From an uncultured Fibrobacteraceae bacterium (GTDB lineage Bacteria > Krumholzibacteriota > Krumholzibacteriia > LZORAL124-64-63), in contig CAZWYF010000007.1 of assembly GCA_964637835.1 (NCBI GenBank), forward strand, positions 7,486 through 71,485: DNA of 64,000 nt. Direction: 5' to 3'. Position numbers and translations under genes: made by a program. Under the pieces are notes generated by a model, which was not told where the DNA came from, ran no database searches, and worked only from the letters and a program-made list of their open reading frames with translations. Positions 1-8,853 of the stretch are shown piece by piece; position 1 is the stretch's first letter; every line of letters starts with the position of its first letter.

Positions 1-345
1 CTCCAGAAGTACCCCTGGCCGGGCAACGTCCGCGAGCTGCGCAACATGCTCAAGCGGATCATGATCCTCGAGCAGCCGCCGCGGCTGCAGGAGGACCATT
101 TCCCGGACCATGTCCGCCGCGGCCGCAATCCCCGTGGCGCCGAGCGTGCCGACGCCGGTCTGTCGCTCATGCCGCTGGCCGAGACCGAGAAGCGGCAGAT
201 CCTCTTCACTCTCGAGCAGACCAACAACAACAAGAGCCGGGCGGCGCGCATCCTGGGCATCAGCCGACAGACGCTCCGCGAGAAGCTCCGCGTCTACGAG
301 ACCGCCGCGAGCGGCGACCTGAAGGCCGACGCCGCCGAGGCCTAG
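1..345 (+). CDS. Sigma-54-dependent transcriptional activator, C-terminal fragment (WPGNVRELRN end of AAA+ domain plus Fis-type HTH). 5'-partial; possible FlrA/FleQ-like regulator
   Basis: In-frame translation from base 1 gives LQKYPWPGNVRELRNMLKRIM...RAARILGISRQTLREKLRVYE. This is the typical EBP C-terminus with a Fis-family HTH. Confidence 0.7.
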   Translation, partial: LQKYPWPGNVRELRNMLKRIMILEQPPRLQEDHFPDHVRRGRNPRGAERADAGLSLMPLAETEKRQILFTLEQTNNNKSRAARILGISRQTLREKLRVYETAASGDLKADAAEA

Positions 346-588
346 GGCCAGGCCGGAGCCACACCACCGCTGTCCACAAACTGACCACCTGCGACCCGCC
401 GTCCGGACACGGCGGGTCGCGGTATTCCCGGCCCGGGCCCGCGCCTGGTAACCGACGTTCGCGTGGTCGCTTGCGCGGAATCGGAGAACCTGCCGGCCCG
501 CGCCCCACGCCCGTGGGGACAGGGGCACGCGCCTTGATGAGGAAACCGGCGACACGCCGGCCCCCTCGAGACGCGGAGCGATCCGAGC

Positions 589-1683
589 ATGACCCGAACG
601 TCGATCCAGTCCCGCAGCCGCCTCCGCGGCGCCCTGTCCGCGACGGTCCTCCTTGCGGCGGTCGCCGGTGCGCCGGGCCAGGACCTGGCCGCCGCCGAGG
701 AGGAGGGCTACCTGGTCTGGTTGCGGTCCCTGGAGGCGACGGTGGCAGCCCGGCAGGAGGCCGGTCAGCCCGAGTCCCGCCCCCTGTATCCCTTCGGCCT
801 GCTCGCTGGCCTGGCCGACGGCCCGGCCGGCGTGGACAGCACGCTGGCCGCCGTGGCCGCCGCCCTCGACGAGCTCGAGAGCCGCCCCCGCCTGCTCCAG
901 GAGCCGCGGCCCCTGGTCCCCCTGCACGCGCTCAACCGCGCCCGCAACTACCGGGCGGTCGCGGAGTTCGACAGCGCCCTGGCCTGGTACGAGGAGGCCG
1001 CGCGCCGTGACCGGACGGGCGATCACGCCGCCGAGGTCGCCGCGGAGCGCCTGGCCACGGCCGTCGCCGCTGGCGACTCGATCACCGTCACCCGCCTGGT
1101 CCTCGACCTGGCCGGCAGCCGCGCCCTCGCCACCCGGCCCCGGCAACTGGAACTGGCCTACCGCTTCTTCCTGGCTCGCGCCGATTCCGCCAACCTCGAG
1201 CTGCTGGTGCGTGAGAGCGAGGCCCAGGATGCCGTCCCGCACGGGCGCCCTGCCTACTGGCACGCCGTGGCGCTCGACCGGCTGGGCCACTGGGATCGCA
1301 GCCTCGATCTGCTCCTGGGCCTGGTCACCGCCGGGGGCGTCTCCCACGGCCTGACCGAGGACCAGCGCGCCTGGGTCCTGACGACCATTCCCGACCACCT
1401 GGTGATCCTCGACCGGGAGGCGGCCGCAGAACCGCTGTATCGCGAGCTGGCGGCCAGCGACCTGCCAGCCGCCGCGGTCTGGGGACGCTGCCAGGTGGCC
1501 GCCCTCGATTTCCTGGCCGGCCGGTTTCTCGAGGCCGGTACCGCCTTCGAGGACCTTTGCCGGGCCGACGCCAACGAGCTCTGGCGGGACTATGCCTGCG
1601 GCATGGCCACCCTGAGCGACGAGATGGAACGCCTGCGGACCGAAGGAGAGCCCCATGGCGCCGCTGCTCTCTACCAGCGCTGA
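589..1683 (+). CDS. Hypothetical secreted protein with TPR-like helical repeats
   Basis: N-terminal signal-like segment (RLRGALSATVLLAAVAGAPGQ). Alanine/leucine-rich helical repeats. High GC3 codon usage. No recognisable catalytic motif. Confidence 0.45.
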   Translation: MTRTSIQSRSRLRGALSATVLLAAVAGAPGQDLAAAEEEGYLVWLRSLEATVAARQEAGQPESRPLYPFGLLAGLADGPAGVDSTLAAVAAALDELESRPRLLQEPRPLVPLHALNRARNYRAVAEFDSALAWYEEAARRDRTGDHAAEVAAERLATAVAAGDSITVTRLVLDLAGSRALATRPRQLELAYRFFLARADSANLELLVRESEAQDAVPHGRPAYWHAVALDRLGHWDRSLDLLLGLVTAGGVSHGLTEDQRAWVLTTIPDHLVILDREAAAEPLYRELAASDLPAAAVWGRCQVAALDFLAGRFLEAGTAFEDLCRADANELWRDYACGMATLSDEMERLRTEGEPHGAAALYQR

Positions 1684-2044
1684 GGCCGCGGCGCAGGAGC
1701 GCCGCCTGCTCGACCGCCTCCTCGGCCTCTACGCCGAGCAGGAACGGCTCTACGCCGAGGTCCTCGACCTCTCCCGGCGACAGCGGGACCTGGTACGCCA
1801 GGGCGCGCCGCTGAGCGAGGTCCGCGCGGTCCTGGAGCAGAAGAAGTCCCGCCTGGAGACCATCGGGCGCCTCGACCTGACCGAGGCCGCGTACAAGGAC
1901 CAGTGGCGAGCGGGCCGGCGGGGCTGGAGCGTCGGGGGCCGCACGCGACTGCACGGAGCCCTCGAGGCCGTGGGACGCGTGATCGAGGACATCCTCGCCT
2001 GTGAACAGGAGAACGACCGTGAACTGCTGCAGCAGTCTCGCTGA
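1655..2044 (+). CDS. Small coiled-coil protein, possibly a FlgN-like flagellar export chaperone
   Basis: 129 aa. Helical pattern LLDRLLGLYAEQERLYAEVLDLSRRQRDLV resembles the FlgN family. Overlaps the upstream gene by 29 nt. Sits directly upstream of the flagellar two-component system. Confidence 0.35.
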   Translation: MAPLLSTSAEAAAQERRLLDRLLGLYAEQERLYAEVLDLSRRQRDLVRQGAPLSEVRAVLEQKKSRLETIGRLDLTEAAYKDQWRAGRRGWSVGGRTRLHGALEAVGRVIEDILACEQENDRELLQQSR

Positions 2045-2045
2045 G

Positions 2046-2771
2046 ATGGCCGCGGAGGCCGGCGCCGGGGCCCCGGAGGTCCAGCGGCCAGCGGGCGGAT
2101 CGCGCGACCGGCGCGGCCGCCTGCTTCGCGGCTACCTGCACAAGAGCAGCAACAGCCTCTGCGGCATCAAGGGCTACGCCAGCCTCATCGCCGGCGGTCC
2201 CCAGAGCGGCGGCCGCAGCACCGCCTGGGCCCGGAAGATCATCGCCGAGGTGGAGCGCCTGGAGGACGTCTACCGCTCGGTGCGGGAGATGGCGTTCCCC
2301 GTGCCGGCCTCCGGCCTGGAGGCTGTCGATCCCGGCCACGTGGTGGCCGACGCCTGCGACACGGCGAGCGCCCGCCACGCCAACCTCCGGATCGGCCCCA
2401 TCCCGCCGCTGGGTGGTCGGCTGCTCCTGCCGGCCGGGGACCTGATGCAGGTGATCGCCGCCCTGCTGGACAACGCGGCGGAGAGCCGTCCGGCGACGGT
2501 GGCCGTCACGCTCGCCGCCGGCCTGGATGGCGCCGGCCGCCGCCTGCTGACCATCACCGACGACGGCCCGGGCATGCCGCGGGAGCTGCTGACCCAGGCC
2601 ATCGATCCGTTCGTCACCACGCGGGAGGGCCATCTCGGCATCGGCCTGAGCCGCGTGGAGACCATCATGGACATGCATGGACTGGGCTGGGGGCTGCGGA
2701 GCGTGCCGGAGGCCGGCACGGCCGTGACCCTCGAGATCGCGACGGTCCGGACCACCGGCTCGCTGCGCTGA
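2046..2771 (+). CDS. Sensor histidine kinase (DHp+CA only, no sensor/TM domain), FlrB/FleS-like
   Basis: H-box YLHKSSNSLCGIKGYASLI. HATPase_c motifs DNAAES (N-box), TDDGPGMP (G1) and GLGLS (G2). Start ATG 2046 chosen because it abuts the upstream stop. Confidence 0.7.
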   Translation: MAAEAGAGAPEVQRPAGGSRDRRGRLLRGYLHKSSNSLCGIKGYASLIAGGPQSGGRSTAWARKIIAEVERLEDVYRSVREMAFPVPASGLEAVDPGHVVADACDTASARHANLRIGPIPPLGGRLLLPAGDLMQVIAALLDNAAESRPATVAVTLAAGLDGAGRRLLTITDDGPGMPRELLTQAIDPFVTTREGHLGIGLSRVETIMDMHGLGWGLRSVPEAGTAVTLEIATVRTTGSLR

Positions 2772-2787
2772 ACGGAAAGGGAACCCG

Positions 2788-4158
2788 ATGGCCAAGAAAC
2801 CCCGCATCCTGGTGGTCGACGACGAGCACACCATGCGCGACTTCCTCACCGCCTCGCTCACCGGCCGGTACGACGTCCGCACCGCCACCGACGGCATCCA
2901 GGCCCTCGAACTGCTGCGCGAGGCGCCAGCCGACCTGGTGCTCTCGGACGTGCGCATGCCGGGCGGTGACGGCCTGACGTTGCTGGCCTCCATCCAGAGC
3001 GACCTCGCCGATCCGCCGCTGGTGGTCATGATGACGGCCTTCGGCACCATCAAGGAGGCGGTGGAGGCCACCAAGCGCGGGGCCGTGGACTATCTCACCA
3101 AGCCCTTCGGACTCGATCAGCTCGAGCACACGCTCCGGCGGGCCTTCGAGCTGCGGGAACTGCGCGACGAGAACCGCACCCTGCGCACCACCCTCAAGAC
3201 CCAGCGCAAGCAGCACGGGCTGCTGGGCACCAGCGTCGCCATGGCCGAACTCCGGGACAAGATCGAGATGATCGCCGACTCCCGTGGCACCGTCCTGCTG
3301 CAGGGCGAGAGCGGCACCGGCAAGGAGGTGGCCGCCCGCGCCATCCACAACGCCGGCGGCCGCCGTGATGGCCCGTTCATCCGCCTGAACTGCGCGGCCA
3401 TTCCCGAGACGCTGCTCGAGGGTGAGCTGTTCGGGCACGAGCGGGGCGCGTTCACCGGCGCGGTCCAGGCGCGGCCCGGCAAGTTCGAGCTGGCCGATGG
3501 CGGCACGCTGCTGCTGGACGAGATCAGCGAGATGCCCCTGAGCATGCAGGCCAAGCTGCTGCGCGTGATCCAGGAGCGCGAGTTCATGCGACTGGGCGCC
3601 CGCGAGTCCACGCGCTGCGACGTGCGCATCGTCGCCACCAGCAACCGCAACCTGAAGGAGGAGATCCGCGCCGGGAACTTCCGCGAGGACCTCTTCTTCC
3701 GCCTCAACGTGATCCCGCTGCATCTGGTGCCACTGCGCCATCGCAAGGAGGACGTGCCCCTGCTGGCGAGCCACTTCGTGCGCGCGTTCTGCGCCGAGAA
3801 CGGGAAGCCGCTGCTGAACCTCACCGACACCGCCCTGGAAGCCCTCCTGGCCCATGACTGGCCGGGCAACGTCCGCCAGCTGCAGAACGTCATCGAGCGG
3901 GCCGTGATCCTCTGCCCGCACCAGGAGATCGACCTCGCGCTGCTCGACCTGCACGACGAGATCAATCACGACGAACCGGCCGCCGAGCTCGCTGGCGACC
4001 TGACCATCCGGGAGATGGAGCAGGAACTGATCTTGCGGAAACTCTCACGGACGGGCGGAAACCGGACCCAGGCTGCCACGGAACTGGGCATCAGTGTCCG
4101 GACTCTGCGCAACAAGCTGCATCTGTACCAGCAGCAGGGCGTCGCCATCCCGGGGTAG
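2788..4158 (+). CDS. Sigma-54-dependent response regulator (REC-AAA+-HTH), FlrC/FleR-type flagellar regulator
   Basis: REC domain ILVVDDEHTMRD...[21 protein letters not shown] Walker A, GAFTGA motif, WPGNVRQL, C-terminal HTH. Immediately upstream of flgB. Confidence 0.9.
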   Translation: MAKKPRILVVDDEHTMRDFLTASLTGRYDVRTATDGIQALELLREAPADLVLSDVRMPGGDGLTLLASIQSDLADPPLVVMMTAFGTIKEAVEATKRGAVDYLTKPFGLDQLEHTLRRAFELRELRDENRTLRTTLKTQRKQHGLLGTSVAMAELRDKIEMIADSRGTVLLQGESGTGKEVAARAIHNAGGRRDGPFIRLNCAAIPETLLEGELFGHERGAFTGAVQARPGKFELADGGTLLLDEISEMPLSMQAKLLRVIQEREFMRLGARESTRCDVRIVATSNRNLKEEIRAGNFREDLFFRLNVIPLHLVPLRHRKEDVPLLASHFVRAFCAENGKPLLNLTDTALEALLAHDWPGNVRQLQNVIERAVILCPHQEIDLALLDLHDEINHDEPAAELAGDLTIREMEQELILRKLSRTGGNRTQAATELGISVRTLRNKLHLYQQQGVAIPG

Positions 4159-4162
4159 CGCG

Positions 4163-4573
4163 ATGATCTCCGAGCAAATCTTCGCCCAGGCCCACCTGGG
4201 ACACCTCAAGAAGGCCCTGGACGTCTACGCGAACCGGCACCGCGTGGTGGCCGGCAACATCGCCAACGTCCAGACCGCCGGCTACGAGGCCCAGGAGTAT
4301 CGCTTCGAGGATCTCCTCGCCGGGGCGGACACCCGGCTGCACGGCGCCCGGACGCACCAGGCGCACCTGCCCCTCGGTCGTCGCGACCTGACCGACACCC
4401 ATGGCGAGCAGCGGGAGACCGGGAGCGTCTATGACAACGGGACTAACAACGTGGATATCGACGCCGAGATGAGCGACCTCTCCACCAACGACCTCTCGTA
4501 CCGGCTGGCCACGCGCCTGCTGAGCATGAAGTACCAGAACCTGCGCAGCGCCATCCGCGGGCGCGTCGGCTAG
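4163..4573 (+). CDS. flgB: Flagellar basal-body rod protein FlgB
   Basis: MISEQIFAQAHLGHLKKALDVYANRHRVVAGNIANVQTAGY is the FlgB N-terminal signature. Starts 5 nt after the flrC-like stop. Confidence 0.9.
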   Translation: MISEQIFAQAHLGHLKKALDVYANRHRVVAGNIANVQTAGYEAQEYRFEDLLAGADTRLHGARTHQAHLPLGRRDLTDTHGEQRETGSVYDNGTNNVDIDAEMSDLSTNDLSYRLATRLLSMKYQNLRSAIRGRVG

Positions 4574-4590
4574 GGAATGGAGGCTGAGGC

Positions 4591-5094
4591 ATGAGCAAGG
4601 GCCTGTTCGAGGCCATCCGCATCAGTGGCTCTGGCATGAAGGGACAGCGCGTCAAGATGGACGTGGTGGCCCGCAACCTGGCCAACGCCGAGACCACCCG
4701 CACGGACGAGGGCACGCCCTACCGGCGCCAGCGGGCCGTGTTCCGCGAGGTGCTCGAGCAGCGCGTCAGCCGCCAGCGCGAGCGCATGAGCGGCCAGGCC
4801 GCCGGCGGTCCGACGCAGACGCACCCCGAGCACCTCTCGGGCCTGCGGCCGCTGGGCATCGATGCCGACAGCGCCATCACCACCGCCGTGGACACCGCGC
4901 CGGACGCCAGCGAGTTCCGCGTGGTCCACGATCCCGGCCATCCCGATGCCGACGAGGACGGCTACGTGCTGATGCCCAACGTCGACGTCATCACCGAGAT
5001 GGTGGACATGATCGCCGCCAGCCGCGCCTACGAGGCCAACATCAGTGCGGTGCAGGCGGCCAAGGACATGTTCAACCAGGCGTTGAAGATCTAG
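4591..5094 (+). CDS. flgC: Flagellar basal-body rod protein FlgC
   Basis: MSKGLFEAIRISGSGMKGQRVKMDVVARNLANAETTRT. C-terminal MPNVDVITEMVDMIAASRAYEANI rod motif. Confidence 0.9.
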   Translation: MSKGLFEAIRISGSGMKGQRVKMDVVARNLANAETTRTDEGTPYRRQRAVFREVLEQRVSRQRERMSGQAAGGPTQTHPEHLSGLRPLGIDADSAITTAVDTAPDASEFRVVHDPGHPDADEDGYVLMPNVDVITEMVDMIAASRAYEANISAVQAAKDMFNQALKI

Positions 5095-5107
5095 GAGGCG
5101 CAGGGCC

Positions 5108-5407
5108 ATGGCCATCGGCGGCATCCGTTCCCTCGGCAGCATCGACCCGCGGCAGGCCTATGCCGGCCAGAAGAACCCGGCCGGCGGCGCCGGCTTCGGC
5201 GAGGCGCTGCAGAACGCGATCCGCGAGGTGGACGGCCTCCAGGCGCAGCGGGACCTGAAGGTGGAGCAGATGGTGCGCGGGGAGCGCATCGAGGTCCACG
5301 AGATCATGACCGCCGCGGAGGAGGCCCAGCTGGCCTTCGACCTCATGCTCGAGGTGCGCAACAAGCTCCTCGAGTCCTACCAGGAAGTGATGCGGATGCA
5401 GGTCTGA
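5108..5407 (+). CDS. fliE: Flagellar hook-basal body complex protein FliE
   Basis: 99 aa. C-terminal EVRNKLLESYQEVMRMQV is typical of FliE. Position after flgC. Confidence 0.85.
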   Translation: MAIGGIRSLGSIDPRQAYAGQKNPAGGAGFGEALQNAIREVDGLQAQRDLKVEQMVRGERIEVHEIMTAAEEAQLAFDLMLEVRNKLLESYQEVMRMQV

Positions 5408-5501
5408 GCGGGAAGCCTGCGCCGCGACCGGATGAGCGGATCGCAAGCGAGAACGGGAACGACGACGGAGACGGGACACCGGCCAGCGGGACGGAGCGAA
5501 C

Positions 5502-7040
5502 GTGGACGCACTGCGACAAGCATGGACGGGCATCAAGGGACGCCTCGGCGCGCTCTCGGTCAACCAGCGCCTGGTCCTGGGCATGGTGGCCGCGGCCGTG
5601 GCCATCTCGGCCGCGGCGTTCGGGCTCTGGCTCGGTCGCGAGGAGCAGGCCGTCCTCTTCTCGGATCTTTCGCCCGAGGATGCCAATGCCGCGCTGCAGG
5701 AGCTCACCAAGCGTGATGTGGCCGCCGACCTGAGCAATGGCGGCACCACCATCCTGGTCCCCGCCGCCGAGGTCCACCGCCTGCGCGTGGAACTGGCCGC
5801 CAAGGGCATCGGCTCGAGCGGCGTGGTGGGATTCGAGATCTTCGACGAGTCCCACTACGGCATGACCGAGCAGGATTACGAGGTCAAGCGCCAGCGCGCC
5901 ATGCAGGGCGAATTGACCAAGACCATCGAGAGTCTGCGCGGCGTCGATGCCGCACGCGTCCATCTGGTGATGCCCAAGACGTCGATCTTCCGCAGCCTGG
6001 CCAGCGAGCCCACCGCCTCGGTGGTGCTCACGCTCAACCGCAGCCTGCCGCTCAGCCCATCCCAGGTCACCGGCATCCAGAGCCTGGTGGCCGCGGCGGT
6101 CGAGGGGCTGCCCGCGGCAAACGTCACGGTCCTCGACCAGAATGGCCGCGCGCTGAGCGAGCACTACGCGGACGATGGCGTGGGCAGCAGCGACCGCCAG
6201 CTGGAGCTGAAGAAGGAGGTGGAGGAGTACCTCTCGGACAAGGCCCAGACCATGCTCTCCAGCGTCCTGGGCGAGGGGCGCAGCCACGTGCGAGTGGATG
6301 CACGCCTGAACTTCGAGAAGATCGAATCCGAGCGCACCACCTTCGACCCCAATGCGCAGGTCGTCCGCTCCGAGGAGCGCAACGAGTCCACCGATCCGGC
6401 CAATGGCGGCGGCACGTCCTCCACCATGACCAACTACGAGATCAACCAGACCGTCGAGCACATCGTCGGTGAGATCGGGGGCCTCGAACAGCTCTCGGTG
6501 GCCGTCTCGGTGGATGGCAACTACCGCGCGCCAGGCGAGGGCGGCGACCCGGTCTACGAGCCGCTGCCCCCGGAGGAGCTGAAGAACATCGAGCGCATGG
6601 TGGAGAGCGCCGTGGGCATCGATCGCGAGCGCGGCGACCGCATCGAGGTGGTGAACCTGCAGTTCCGAGGCACGCCCCCGGGCGAGGCGCCGCCCGGCGG
6701 CCCGGTGCCCATGCGCTGGCTGGACCTGGCCTCGCGGTACGGCGGCCGGGGCCTGCTGGTGATCATGCTCGTCGGCCTGGTCCTGGCCTTCCGACGCAAC
6801 CTCTCGGCCGCCCTCGGCGAGTTCGCCCGTCCCGCCACCGCGGGTGCGGACGCTGCCGGTCGTGCGGGCGGGAGCGATGCCGACGGCGAGGGCGCGGAAG
6901 GCGAGCGCTTCTCCGGCATGCCCGAGCTCACCGACCAGATGATCGAGGACGTGCGCGAGTACGCCGCGGAGAACCCCGAACGGGTGGCCGAGGTGGTCCA
7001 GTCCTGGCTCTACGAACCCGAACGCGCCGGTGGCCGGTAG
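5502..7040 (+). CDS. fliF: Flagellar MS-ring protein FliF
   Basis: 512 aa. N-terminal TM (LVLGMVAAAVAISAAAFGLWL), YscJ/FliF ring region, C-terminal TM. Confidence 0.9.
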   Translation: MDALRQAWTGIKGRLGALSVNQRLVLGMVAAAVAISAAAFGLWLGREEQAVLFSDLSPEDANAALQELTKRDVAADLSNGGTTILVPAAEVHRLRVELAAKGIGSSGVVGFEIFDESHYGMTEQDYEVKRQRAMQGELTKTIESLRGVDAARVHLVMPKTSIFRSLASEPTASVVLTLNRSLPLSPSQVTGIQSLVAAAVEGLPAANVTVLDQNGRALSEHYADDGVGSSDRQLELKKEVEEYLSDKAQTMLSSVLGEGRSHVRVDARLNFEKIESERTTFDPNAQVVRSEERNESTDPANGGGTSSTMTNYEINQTVEHIVGEIGGLEQLSVAVSVDGNYRAPGEGGDPVYEPLPPEELKNIERMVESAVGIDRERGDRIEVVNLQFRGTPPGEAPPGGPVPMRWLDLASRYGGRGLLVIMLVGLVLAFRRNLSAALGEFARPATAGADAAGRAGGSDADGEGAEGERFSGMPELTDQMIEDVREYAAENPERVAEVVQSWLYEPERAGGR

Positions 7041-7061
7041 GCCCCTGCAGGCGGTGACGCG

Positions 7062-8072
7062 ATGCCCATCCCCGACGACAAGAACCTGCGCAAGGCGGCG
7101 GTCTTCATCATGGCCCTGGGGCCCGAGGCCGGCGGCCGCGTTCTGGCCTGTCTGGCCGAGGACCTGGTCGAGCGCGTGACCCATGCCATCGCCCACGCCG
7201 GCCAGGTGCCGTTCACGGAGAAGAAGCAGGTGCTGTCGGACTTCGTGCGCCTGTCCAGCTCCATCTCGGGCATCGCCTTCGGTGGCGAGGAGACCGCCAA
7301 GAACATCCTCGAGGCCGGCTTCGGCACCCACCGCGCCAGCTCCCTGCTCAGCCGGGTGACCAGCTACAGCCAGATCAAGAGCTTCGAGCACCTGCGGAGC
7401 CTCGATGCGCTGACCGTGGCCAACTACCTGAAGAACGAGCACGCCCAGACCGTGGCCGTGGTCCTCGCGCACATGGATCCGCGCGACAGTGGCCCCATCC
7501 TCGAGCTGCTGCCGGCCGAGCTGCAGGGCGAGGTGGCCTACCGCATGGCCGTCCTGGACTCCCCCAATGCCGACGCCCTGGCCGTGGTGGAGGAGGTGCT
7601 GGCCACCCAGTTGCAGGGCGAGGTCAACGCCAGTCGCGGCAAGTACGGCGGCCGCAAGCAGGTGGCGGAGATCCTCAACGAGACCGAGCGGGAGACCTGG
7701 CAGGAGATCCTCGACGAGATGCGCGAGATCGACGACGAGGTGGCCAACGAGGTCAACAACCTGATGTTCGTCTTCGAGGACATCATCCTGCTCAATGACA
7801 AGTACATCCAGGAGATCCTCAAGGAGATCGACGGCAAGGAGCTCACGCTGGCGCTCAAGGGCGCCACCGAGGAGATCCAGGAGAAGATCTTCGGCAACAT
7901 GTCCAAGCGCGCAGCGCTGGGCATCAAGGAGGACATGGAGTACATGGGCCCGATCCGCCTCAGCGAGGTGGAGGAGGCCCAGCAACGCATCGTGGAGGTG
8001 GTGCGCAGCCTCGAGGAGGCCGGCACCATCGTCATCGGCAAGGGGGGCAAGGATGCAGAGATGGTGTCCTGA
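7062..8072 (+). CDS. fliG: Flagellar motor switch protein FliG
   Basis: 336 aa. RKAAVFIMALGPEAGGRVL start. C-terminal torque-generating region EVVRSLEEAGTIVI. Confidence 0.9.
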   Translation: MPIPDDKNLRKAAVFIMALGPEAGGRVLACLAEDLVERVTHAIAHAGQVPFTEKKQVLSDFVRLSSSISGIAFGGEETAKNILEAGFGTHRASSLLSRVTSYSQIKSFEHLRSLDALTVANYLKNEHAQTVAVVLAHMDPRDSGPILELLPAELQGEVAYRMAVLDSPNADALAVVEEVLATQLQGEVNASRGKYGGRKQVAEILNETERETWQEILDEMREIDDEVANEVNNLMFVFEDIILLNDKYIQEILKEIDGKELTLALKGATEEIQEKIFGNMSKRAALGIKEDMEYMGPIRLSEVEEAQQRIVEVVRSLEEAGTIVIGKGGKDAEMVS

Positions 8073-8853
8073 GCCCCTGGTCGCCGAACCGGCGGCGGGG
8101 TCGTTCCGGCCCCTGGCGGCGGTCGCGACCACGGCGGCGCACGCCACCCCCGGCTTCCTCCCGGAGGCCGGATTCGCTGATTCCCGCGGTCTGCTCGCCC
8201 AGCTCTCACGGGAGGAGCGCGCCGAGGTGGTGGAGCTCATCGACCAGGATCTGCGGCGCGAATACGAGGAACGGGCGCGTCAGGAGGCCGCCAGCCTGGA
8301 GGCGGCGACACGGACGGCCCGGGCCGAGCAGGAGGCCCTCCGCGTCCGCTGGCAGGAGGAGTTCGGTAGCAGCGTGGAGCGCGCCCACGCCGAGGCCCTG
8401 GCCTCGCTGGCGCGGCGCACCGCCGAGGTGGCGCTGCTGATGGCGACCAAGGTGGTGCGTCACGAGGTGGCCCGGGATCCCGGCGCCCTCGTCCGGGCGC
8501 TGGAGACCGTGCTCTACAAGGTGGATGCCGGCTGCCCGCTGAGCGTCACCGTGCATCCCGAGGACGCACGCTGGCTGGCCAGCGATGCGCAGCTGCGCGA
8601 GCGCCTGCGCATCGCGGAGGTGAAGGAGGACCGCCGCCTGGATCGGGGCGGCTGCCTGGTCCAGGCCGACGGTCACGAGTGGGACGCCACGGTATCGCGG
8701 CAACTCGCGGTCCTGGCCGAGACGCTGGAGGAAGCGCTGGCCACGCCGGGCGAGAGCGCGGGGATGCCGCCCACCGACGCCCGTTCCCCGGCGGAACGCC
8801 GGCCCGGCGCCACCGCTCCGCACGGCGCCGCCCCGGAGGACCCCGATGCTTGA
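8053..8853 (+). CDS. fliH: Flagellar assembly protein FliH
   Basis: Coiled-coil N-terminus. VHPEDARWL and QADGHEWDATVSRQL FliH C-terminal motifs. Start uncertain (ATG 8053 overlaps fliG by 20 nt). Confidence 0.7.
   Translation: MQRWCPEPLVAEPAAGSFRPLAAVATTAAHATPGFLPEAGFADSRGLLAQLSREERAEVVELIDQDLRREYEERARQEAASLEAATRTARAEQEALRVRWQEEFGSSVERAHAEALASLARRTAEVALLMATKVVRHEVARDPGALVRALETVLYKVDAGCPLSVTVHPEDARWLASDAQLRERLRIAEVKEDRRLDRGGCLVQADGHEWDATVSRQLAVLAETLEEALATPGESAGMPPTDARSPAERRPGATAPHGAAPEDPDA

Noticed and set aside
345-589. Possible sigma-54 promoter TGGtaaccgacgTTcGC in the first intergenic region
   Set aside because: GG-to-GC spacing is 2 nt too long for a -24/-12 promoter. No other convincing promoter motif was found there.
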